In this document: piece by piece, positions 57,214-64,000 of the stretch
Layout: every line of letters starts with the position of its first letter
How positions within the stretch are numbered: the first letter of the stretch is position 1
Source: Actinomycetota bacterium
GTDB lineage: Bacteria; Actinomycetota; Acidimicrobiia; Acidimicrobiales; Ilumatobacteraceae
Length of the DNA: 64,000 nucleotides
Direction of reading: 5' to 3'
NCBI GenBank assembly: GCA_009726095.1
Contig: WLMZ01000001.1
Span: 270 to 64,269, forward strand
Notes under the pieces: model-generated
Databases searched by the model: none
What the model saw: the letters and a program-made list of their open reading frames with translations, nothing else
Told to the model about the DNA's origin: nothing
Made by a program: the position numbers and the translations under genes

Positions 57214-57291
57214 ATGGAGAAGATCAACAAGGCCATGGGTCAGGCCATCGACAAGAACGGCTCAAGGAGACGACGTTGCGTGTCGATATGA
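57214..57291 (+). CDS. candidate 25-codon upstream ORF (MEKINKAMGQAIDKNGSRRRRCVSI)
   Basis: Read directly. The first 15 codons are GC3-rich, like genuine genes here. Its TGA overlaps ATG 57288 of the large ORF (ATGA). No obvious SD. Confidence 0.25.
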   Translation: MEKINKAMGQAIDKNGSRRRRCVSI

Positions 57292-60200
57292 ACAGCACAG
57301 CGTTCGCTCGCCGCGCACGACAGCACACGGATCAGCCAGAAGCGAGACAGCCACATCATGCACGTCGGGACACCATGAGCCAGCGGAAGAAATCAGATCC
57401 CCAGCCTCGCCACGGCATTGGGCTCGACGGCTTTGTGGATCCTCAGTCAACGTCGGTGCACCGGCTCGGCCAACAGTTCGGGCTGGTTGCGTTGGCCGTC
57501 GGCATTGCATATCTGGTGTGGCGCTGTGGTTGGTCGTTGCACGGCGCCGGGGCATCGGTTGCCTGGTGGTTGGCCGTTCCCGCCCTTGTCGTGGAGGTCA
57601 CTGGTCTGCTCTGCGTTGCCCTGCTCGTCTGGGCCCTGTGGCGTCAACCGGGCACGATGCCCAAGATCCACCTGGTCAACTCGTCGAAGCACGCCAACGA
57701 GCCGGACTACGACGTGGCGATCGTCGCCACCGGAAGATCACTGGAGGACCTGCGCGCCACACTGGTGGCGCTGCACCTCGATCCGCTCCGACCGGATGCG
57801 CTCGTCATCGATCATTCCCGACGGCTCGAAGTGGCCCGACTCGCCGCCGAGTTCGACGCCAATTTTCGGGTGCCCCACGCCAGCGACACCACCGGGCTCG
57901 CCACAGCGGCTGCAGCATCGCGCCGCCAGTTCATCCTCCTCCTCGATGCGGGGGACATCCTCGCTGCAGGGGCGGCACGATCGCTGGCCCAGTGGATGAC
58001 CAACGACCGCGTCGCCGCGGTGCAGGGTGTTGTCACCGCCTCGCATGGCGACTCGGCCGAGCACGGACCGGACGGCCGGCACGACCTGACCTTCGAGCGC
58101 ATCGGGCTGAACCCGGCCCTCGGTGCACGCGGCACGGGCATCGTGACGGGCAGCGGGGCGCTCATCCGCCGTTCGGCCCTCGAGGGCATCAACCTGACCG
58201 ATCGCCCCCGGTACCGGGTGCTGTGGGAACTCATGCCGCAATTCGCCACCCGGGGCACGCTGGTCATCGCCGCATCCGGCCCGGCAGTGGTCGCCGAGAA
58301 GCCGCTGACATCGGCTCCCGCCGTCGCCGCCGATCGACGCAGCCGGGCCGACGCTGGTTGGCACCTGCTGACCGGTTCGCATGGTGCCCTGCGGGCCCGT
58401 GGGCTGCACCGGCGCGACCGCATGGCGCTCGCTGCCTGGGCCGTCCGTTCGATCGACGGATTGCGCCGTGCCGGCTTGGCTGGCGTCGTGCTGGGTGCGT
58501 TGTTGGCCGGCCGCGCTCCGTTCGCCGCCGACCCATCAGCACTCCTGTATTTGTGGTTACCGGCCTTTGTGCTCGCCTCGGTTTCGCTGGCGCTGTTGTC
58601 CGGTGGCGCCCTTCGACCCGGAGATCGACTGCGCGGCTCGGTACGGGCAGTCGGGTTACCGGTCGGTTTCGTGGTGGCGATCAGCTCGGTGCTCGTGATT
58701 CGCGGCATCTCCGATCGCTTCACCCATGCCCTGCACCCGCTCGATCACAACGTCCAGATCGGCCTCTCGGCGGTTTCCCTGTGGCTGCTGGCGGGTTCGC
58801 TGGATTCTCTGCGGCTGCTGGCCCGCCGACGTCAGAACCGGCGAGCGATGCGCCTCGGGGCGTCGGGTACCGGGCGTCTTGGCGAACTCGACGTGTACGT
58901 CTCGGATCTCACGATGCTCGGTGCCGGCCTGCTGGCCGATCACGCTGTCGATGTTGGCGAGCACCTGCAGCTGTCGTTCTCGGTGCCCAGCGAAACGGGC
59001 ATCACCTCGCTCCAGGTGCCCTGCACCGTGCGCAATGTTCGCCCCGACCTGCTCAGCGCCTGGCGCATCGGCGTCGAATTCAACGACGTCGATTCCTACG
59101 CGCTCAACACGCTGGCTGAGTGCTGCGCCGTGCTCCCCGCTCGTGGCGTGTTCGCCGGCGAGCAACCCCTTTCCGGGCAACTCGACGACAACCCCTCGGC
59201 CAAACTCGGACCTCGCCGGATCGCCCTGCAGGTTGCCGCGCTGCTTGCACTCGCCGGGGTCGTCTCCTCCACGGCACCAATCAACGCAGAGGCCAGTGCT
59301 CCATCCATCCGTTTGGTCTCTGGGGTCGTGGTCGACACGAGTGATCCGCCCGTGCCTCCGTCAGCCACCACGACCGCCGGCGCTCCCGGCAGCGCGGGTC
59401 CCGACGCCACGACCGTTGTCGGGATCGGCACCGGCACCGACGACACGTCGCCCAGTGGCTCATCACCAACCGACACATCACCAACCGGCACATCACCCAC
59501 CGACACGGTCCCTGACGGCTCCTCCCCTGCGGAGCCAGCGACGCCAACCGACCCAGCGGCGACGGTCCCTACGTCCTCGACGATGCCGTCCGGATCCGGT
59601 GATGCTGGCGGCCCCGGCATGAGCGGGATCACCGTGATCGGCGTGTGCTCGTTGGATGCCGGCGATGACCTGACGTTCGGGACCAGCGACGACACCTACG
59701 GCGCAACCGTGAGCACCATCACCGATGCCCTCGGGCACTACACGCTCGCCCTCGACGGTCTGGCCTGCTGGGTCTCGATCGAGCCACCGGCCCTGCCCTT
59801 GCGGGCAGCATTCTCCACCGGTGGACCGTCGATCGGCGAAGCAATGCTGGTCGACTTCGGCCACCCCGGAGCCGTCTCCATGCGGCCCGTGCTCGTGGAT
59901 CGGCCGATGAACCCCGTCTCCGTGTCCCCAGCGGCCGCCGGGTCAGAAACCGCCGTGCTCGGCGACCGGGTCTGGATCGATCAGAACTCCGACGGCACCC
60001 AACAGCCGAACGAGGCCGGGGTGGCGGGCGCCACCGTGACCCTGTACGGCGCAACGGGTACAACGCTCGGCACCACGAGCACCGGCACCGACGGCAGGTT
60101 CAGCTTCACCCGGCTCGCCAGCGGGATGTACAGCCTGGGCGTGTCGAACCTTCCTGCTGGTCTGCGGGTGCCTCACGTGGATCCGCTCACCTCGCGGACC

Positions 60201-60449
60201 CCGCTGGTGGCAGTGCGCGACGGAGAGCAGATGTCGAGCGCTGACGTCGGCGTTGTCCAGACCGCTGCTGGCGCTCTCGAACCCATCGTGTTGCCGACGC
60301 CCAATGCACATCAGCTCAACGTGCCCGGTGGATCGAGCCCGTCGGAGCTGCCGACACTGCTGATCATCCTGATGGCGGCGTTCCTGGGGGGCAGCGTGCT
60401 GTTCGCGTCAACGCAACCTATTCGGGGTCGTCGTCCGATTTCGCGATGA
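57288..60449 (+). CDS. multidomain membrane protein: BcsA-like GT2 region (degenerate motifs) + PilZ + extracytoplasmic SdrD-B-like domains + C-terminal TM anchor
   Basis: TM pair, then a GT2-like region (DYDVAIVATG...LLLDAGD...GSGALIRRSALEG), more TM segments, and PilZ motifs RQNRR and DLTMLG. After an internal TM come a P/T/S linker, DRVWIDQNSDGTQQPNEAGVAGATVTLY...GTDGRFSF and a terminal TM plus RGRR. Start is TTG 57276, ATG 57288 or ATG 57375. Confidence 0.65.
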   Translation: MNSTAFARRARQHTDQPEARQPHHARRDTMSQRKKSDPQPRHGIGLDGFVDPQSTSVHRLGQQFGLVALAVGIAYLVWRCGWSLHGAGASVAWWLAVPALVVEVTGLLCVALLVWALWRQPGTMPKIHLVNSSKHANEPDYDVAIVATGRSLEDLRATLVALHLDPLRPDALVIDHSRRLEVARLAAEFDANFRVPHASDTTGLATAAAASRRQFILLLDAGDILAAGAARSLAQWMTNDRVAAVQGVVTASHGDSAEHGPDGRHDLTFERIGLNPALGARGTGIVTGSGALIRRSALEGINLTDRPRYRVLWELMPQFATRGTLVIAASGPAVVAEKPLTSAPAVAADRRSRADAGWHLLTGSHGALRARGLHRRDRMALAAWAVRSIDGLRRAGLAGVVLGALLAGRAPFAADPSALLYLWLPAFVLASVSLALLSGGALRPGDRLRGSVRAVGLPVGFVVAISSVLVIRGISDRFTHALHPLDHNVQIGLSAVSLWLLAGSLDSLRLLARRRQNRRAMRLGASGTGRLGELDVYVSDLTMLGAGLLADHAVDVGEHLQLSFSVPSETGITSLQVPCTVRNVRPDLLSAWRIGVEFNDVDSYALNTLAECCAVLPARGVFAGEQPLSGQLDDNPSAKLGPRRIALQVAALLALAGVVSSTAPINAEASAPSIRLVSGVVVDTSDPPVPPSATTTAGAPGSAGPDATTVVGIGTGTDDTSPSGSSPTDTSPTGTSPTDTVPDGSSPAEPATPTDPAATVPTSSTMPSGSGDAGGPGMSGITVIGVCSLDAGDDLTFGTSDDTYGATVSTITDALGHYTLALDGLACWVSIEPPALPLRAAFSTGGPSIGEAMLVDFGHPGAVSMRPVLVDRPMNPVSVSPAAAGSETAVLGDRVWIDQNSDGTQQPNEAGVAGATVTLYGATGTTLGTTSTGTDGRFSFTRLASGMYSLGVSNLPAGLRVPHVDPLTSRTPLVAVRDGEQMSSADVGVVQTAAGALEPIVLPTPNAHQLNVPGGSSPSELPTLLIILMAAFLGGSVLFASTQPIRGRRPISR

Positions 60450-61053
60450 GGTAGCCAATCGCCCGCTCGGCTTTTGGATAGCGGTGCACGAGGCGCCAGA
60501 ACTCCGGGGAATGATCACCCACCTCAAGATGCGCGAGCTCGTGGACGATGACGTAATCGATCACCCAGTCGGGAAATCGGGCGAGGCGCGTACTGATCCG
60601 GATGAGACCGGTGGTCGGGGTACACGAGCCCCACCGCTTCAACATGTCGTCAGACCAGCGAATCTCGCGGGCGCGTGGCAGATCGTGGCGACGCGAGAGC
60701 GTCAGCGCCCGGTCGACGAGATCGAGTCGATCTGCCGACAGCTTGCGACGGTAACGCCCGCTCATCACGTCGACCCAGTGATCCTGCTCGGCGCGGCTCA
60801 TCCATGTGGGCACCACCACCTTCAGCACGCCGCCGGTGAGTTGTGCCCCGACCGTGCGTTTGCGTCGGGCCGACCGTTCGATCTCGACAACGAAGGGTTC
60901 GTCGAAATCGGGCACGACGTTCGGGGAGGGTTCAACAGGGGCCGACGGCGCCACGAGATCAGCTGCCGGTGGTGGTGTCCGTGCGACAGCACCAACGACG
61001 TCGTCGTCGAAGAGACGCAGTTCGCCGCTCATGGGATCACGCTCGTCACTCAC
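60418..61053 (-). CDS. YgjP/DUF45 (M48/WLM-like) metal-dependent hydrolase
   Basis: YVIVHELAHLEVGDHSPEFW (HExxH). Confidence 0.8.
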   Translation of the reverse strand: MSDERDPMSGELRLFDDDVVGAVARTPPPAADLVAPSAPVEPSPNVVPDFDEPFVVEIERSARRKRTVGAQLTGGVLKVVVPTWMSRAEQDHWVDVMSGRYRRKLSADRLDLVDRALTLSRRHDLPRAREIRWSDDMLKRWGSCTPTTGLIRISTRLARFPDWVIDYVIVHELAHLEVGDHSPEFWRLVHRYPKAERAIGYLIAKSDDDPE

Positions 61054-61076
61054 CCATGATTGCGTACGCAGCGCAC

Positions 61077-61691
61077 CTACAGGGCCATCCCGGTTGGTTC
61101 CGCGTCGATCAGGCTCACCAGGTCGCCCGCGATCACCTGGCCGTGTTGCACCAGGAACCAGCTGGCGCCGAGGTTCGGCATCCGTTCGTTTCGTGCACCG
61201 AGCAGTTGCCGCACGGCGCGGATGGCCCCACCGTGGCTGATGATCAGCACCTCACCACCCGGGTTTGCGGCGGCAATATCGCCAAAGGCTGCCAACATCC
61301 GGGTGGCCGCCGTGTCGTAGGGCTCGAAGCCCTCGGGTCGGCGCCGATCGGCGAGCAGACCCGGCCAACCCTGCTCGACCTCGGCGTGGGTGAGCCCCTG
61401 CCAGGGCCCAACATCGGTCTCGCGCAAGCGGGGATCGATGAGCACGGGCCCGATGCCCAAGAGCTCGGCGATGATCTGGGCGGTCAGCGAGGCGCGCTGC
61501 AGATCGCTCGCCCAGACGGCATCGAACGTACCCAGGCGTATCCCGGCATCGGCAGCCTGGCGCATGCCCTCGTCGCTGAGGGGCGGATCTGCGTGCCCCT
61601 GCCACCGACCGAGCGCATTCCATTCGCTCTGACCATGACGGGCCACCAGCAGCCGCGTCGGCGGTGCTTTGGCGATACGGGTCTCAGACAT
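61077..61691 (-). CDS. histidine phosphatase family protein (phosphoglycerate mutase-like)
   Basis: LLVARHGQSEWN (RHG motif) and ISHGGAIR. Confidence 0.85.
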   Translation of the reverse strand: MSETRIAKAPPTRLLVARHGQSEWNALGRWQGHADPPLSDEGMRQAADAGIRLGTFDAVWASDLQRASLTAQIIAELLGIGPVLIDPRLRETDVGPWQGLTHAEVEQGWPGLLADRRRPEGFEPYDTAATRMLAAFGDIAAANPGGEVLIISHGGAIRAVRQLLGARNERMPNLGASWFLVQHGQVIAGDLVSLIDAEPTGMAL

Positions 61692-61727
61692 CCCCGGCGA
61701 GGGTAGCGGCGGGGGTACGATCTGCGT

Positions 61728-61970
61728 GTGGCTATTCTGCGACTGTTTGCATCGGCTCGCGAGGCAGCCGGCACCGGACGCGACGACGTGCCGGGGCACA
61801 CGGTCGGCGAGCTCCTCGCCACCGCGCAGGCTCGCTACGGTGAGGCATTCGCAGCGGTGCTGAGCAGCTGCCGAATCTGGGTCAACGGAGAATCGGCAAC
61901 CGCCGATACTGTCATTTCTGCCCGTGACGAAGTGGCTGTGCTGCCACCCGTGTCGGGTGGAGCGGTCTGA
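61728..61970 (+). CDS. MoaD/ThiS-family sulfur-carrier-like protein
   Basis: 80 aa with a beta-grasp-like pattern. It ends ...VLPPVSGGAV, i.e. Gly-Gly followed by two residues. Confidence 0.6.
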   Translation: MAILRLFASAREAAGTGRDDVPGHTVGELLATAQARYGEAFAAVLSSCRIWVNGESATADTVISARDEVAVLPPVSGGAV

Positions 61971-61979
61971 GGAGAATTC

Positions 61980-62486
61980 ATGGACAACCCAACATCTGAC
62001 CCGTCAGCTGACCCATCGTCGCTGAGCCTTGCCGACCTGCGCGCGCTGCGGGCCAAGCTGCAGGCCGACGACGATGCCATCAGCTACGTGCGCCGTCTCG
62101 TGCAGGGACGGCTCGATCTGGTGCTGGCCGAGCAGCAGCGACGAGTCAGCGGCAACGAACGTGATGTATCCGAGTACCTACCCGCCATCTTGGGGCGCCA
62201 GCTCACCGGTGGTCCGGCGCGACCGCCGCGACCCACCGAGGACGCCAGCGAGCACCCGCTGGCCATCGAGCTCGACGAGCTCTGCCGCGGTCTTGGCGCC
62301 AACCACGTGACAGAACTCGATGCAACGCAATTGTCTGCGCTGTCCTCGGGCCTCCAGGAGTTCGAGCAGGCGCGCTCACAGGAGCGACGCGATCTGTTCG
62401 GTCGTCTCGATGCACTCACCGCCGAGCTCGTGCGCCGCTACCGCGACGGCGAGGCCAGCGTCGACGGCTTACTCGCCGACGGGTGA
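61980..62486 (+). CDS. RsiG-like helical protein with c-di-GMP-binding-type motif
   Basis: Residues 31-46, DDAISYVRRLVQGRLD, fit [E/D]x3Sx2Rx3Qx3D. Residues 129-144, EQARSQERRDLFGRLD, fit at 4 of 5 positions. Confidence 0.5.
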   Translation: MDNPTSDPSADPSSLSLADLRALRAKLQADDDAISYVRRLVQGRLDLVLAEQQRRVSGNERDVSEYLPAILGRQLTGGPARPPRPTEDASEHPLAIELDELCRGLGANHVTELDATQLSALSSGLQEFEQARSQERRDLFGRLDALTAELVRRYRDGEASVDGLLADG

Positions 62487-62549
62487 GCCCGGCGCCAGGC
62501 GCACCACCTGAGCCTGGCAGCAGCATCAGCACCGGCCCCAGTGGCGGAA

Positions 62550-62573
62550 TACCGACCAAGTCGGTAGGGTTTT
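62550..62573 (+). terminator. weak intrinsic terminator candidate
   Basis: 7-bp stem TACCGAC/GTCGGTA, loop CAA, then GGGTTTT. Confidence 0.3.
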
Positions 62574-62581
62574 GACTCATC

Positions 62582-63793
62582 GTGCAACGGCTCGCTGTGC
62601 TCTCTCTCCACACCTCGCCCCTGGCCCAGCCCGGGTCGGGCGACAGTGGCGGCATGAACGTGTATGTGCGCGAGCTGGTCTCCGCCCTGGCCCAGGCTGG
62701 CGTCGACTGCACCACCTACACCAGGGCCTCGCGGCCCGGGCTGCCCGAGGTCGTGCAGGTCGAACCGGGCCACCGCGTCGTGCACCTGCCGGCCGGCCCG
62801 TTCGACCTGGCCAAAGAAGACCTGCCCCATGTCGTGACCGAGTTCGGTGATGCGGTCATCGACCACCTCAAGAACGGTCCGGGGGCCGACGTGGTCCACG
62901 CCAACTACTGGCTCAGCGGCCTCGTGGCGCACCGGGTGAAGCACGAGCTCGAACTGCCCTTCGTCAGCACCTTCCACACCCTGGCGCGCGTCAAGGCCGA
63001 GGGTGGCGACCCCGAGCCGGCGTGGCGCGAACGGGCCGAGGCCGAGATCATCAACTGTGCCGACGCCATCTGCGTCAGCTGCACGGAGGAGGAAAGCCAG
63101 TTCCGGCGCCTCTACGGCGACCCGCAGGGTCGCATCGAGATCGTCTCGCCGGGCGTGGAGCACGCGTTCTTCGCCCCCGGCGACAAGCGCGGGGCGCGGC
63201 ACGCCCTGGGGCTCGGCTCGGGTCCGGTGCTGTTGTTCGTCGGCCGCATCCAGCCGTTGAAGGGACTCGATGTTGCGGTACGGGCGCTGAGCGAGCTGCA
63301 CCGACCGGATGCGCGCCTGCTCGTGGTCGGGGGCGCCAGCGGGCTCGAGGGCAGTACCGAGGTTGCCCGAATCAGCACCATCATCGATTCGCTCGGCCTG
63401 CGCGACCAGGTGATCTTCGTCGACCCACAGCCCCACCACATCCTGTCCACCTACTACCGGGCGGCCGATGTGGTCGTGGTGCCCAGCCGCAGCGAGAGCT
63501 TCGGCCTGGTCGCGCTCGAAGCCGCTGCGTGCGGCACTCCCGTGGTCGCCAGCGCCGTTGGTGGCTTGCTCACCCTTGTCGATGACGGCCTCACCGGCTA
63601 TCTCGTCGCTGGCCGCGACCCCTCGCACTTCGCATCGCGCATCGCCACCATTCTCAACGACCCCGCACTCGCCACCTCCATGAGCGTGCGTGCCGCCGAC
63701 CGCGCCCGCCGTTACACATGGAGCTTTGCCGCCGCACGACTGCGCCGGGTGTACTCCGACCTCGCAGTGCGCGAGCTCGTTGCCTGCTCGTAG
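62582..63793 (+). CDS. mshA: D-inositol-3-phosphate glycosyltransferase (mycothiol biosynthesis)
   Basis: LSLHTSPLAQPGSGDSGGMNVYVRELV is the MshA N-terminal signature. C-terminal GT4 EX7E region (PSRSESFGLVALEAAACGTPVVA). Confidence 0.9.
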   Translation: MQRLAVLSLHTSPLAQPGSGDSGGMNVYVRELVSALAQAGVDCTTYTRASRPGLPEVVQVEPGHRVVHLPAGPFDLAKEDLPHVVTEFGDAVIDHLKNGPGADVVHANYWLSGLVAHRVKHELELPFVSTFHTLARVKAEGGDPEPAWRERAEAEIINCADAICVSCTEEESQFRRLYGDPQGRIEIVSPGVEHAFFAPGDKRGARHALGLGSGPVLLFVGRIQPLKGLDVAVRALSELHRPDARLLVVGGASGLEGSTEVARISTIIDSLGLRDQVIFVDPQPHHILSTYYRAADVVVVPSRSESFGLVALEAAACGTPVVASAVGGLLTLVDDGLTGYLVAGRDPSHFASRIATILNDPALATSMSVRAADRARRYTWSFAAARLRRVYSDLAVRELVACS

Positions 63794-63814
63794 CTACCTC
63801 ATGGTCGGCCCCGG

Positions 63815-64000
63815 ATGAGCAACCTCTTCGACGACCGATCGGTCGCAGTCCTCGAGCGTCAGATCGACGAATGGCTCGCTGGTTTCGCAGCGACGAACCC
63901 CGCCATCGTCGCCATCGACCGCGGCGAGGCTGACGAGCTGCGCTGGTACGTACGCATGCGTGGCGACGACAAGGAGTTCATCACGGTGTGGCTCACCCTC
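63815..64000 (+). CDS. YbjN-domain protein (5' part; continues beyond the window)
   Basis: My translation gives MSNLFDDRSVAVLERQIDEWLAGF...LRWYVRMRGDDKEFITVWLTL. This is the usual mshA-downstream gene in actinobacteria. Confidence 0.6.
   Translation, partial: MSNLFDDRSVAVLERQIDEWLAGFAATNPAIVAIDRGEADELRWYVRMRGDDKEFITVWLTL

Overview
High-GC (about 65-68% in lines I counted by hand) chromosomal segment. It looks actinobacterial: it carries the mycothiol gene mshA with its usual YbjN-like neighbour, and the gene order is typical of the phylum. An Acidimicrobiia-like origin is only a guess. I can support about 60 protein genes, two tRNA-Ser genes and several small repeats and hairpins. I found no rRNA, no CRISPR array, and no transposase, integrase or phage genes.

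Core content:
- SIMPL-family protein, LigC-like ATP-dependent DNA ligase, CopC/CopD, dnaX-recR.
- Scattered ethylmalonyl-CoA pathway genes: thiolase, ccr, epimerase, meaA/ecm and a 3-hydroxybutyryl-CoA dehydrogenase.
- A minimal type IV pilus set: pilA, pilT, pilD, pilC, pilB.
- 5'-3' exonuclease, tadA, xseAB, polyprenyl synthase, ABC exporter, molybdopterin oxidoreductase, several hydrolases, aat, nhaA, cyclophilin, mshA.

Pockets worth a second look:
1. A roughly 1.2-kb low-GC cassette with one orphan secreted-protein gene, bracketed by two arrays of the same 13-bp TGATCA-containing tandem repeat. These arrays also supply the stop codons of the two convergent flanking genes.
2. A Roadblock / small-GTPase / PATAN(DUF4388) operon bracketed by the two tRNA-Ser genes, about 3 kb from the pilB operon.
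3. A 1050-1100 aa fusion of a motif-degenerate BcsA-like glycosyltransferase, a PilZ domain and extracytoplasmic SdrD-B-like domains, preceded by a 25-codon uORF.
4. A small protein carrying the RsiG-type c-di-GMP-binding helix motif.
5. A 447-aa coiled-coil protein heading the pilB-pilC operon, and a heptanucleotide microsatellite upstream of pilA.
6. A giant repeat-containing surface protein followed by a Cache-HAMP sensor with no output domain and a translationally coupled polytopic membrane protein.

All family assignments come from reading motifs in the supplied translations by eye. No searches were run.
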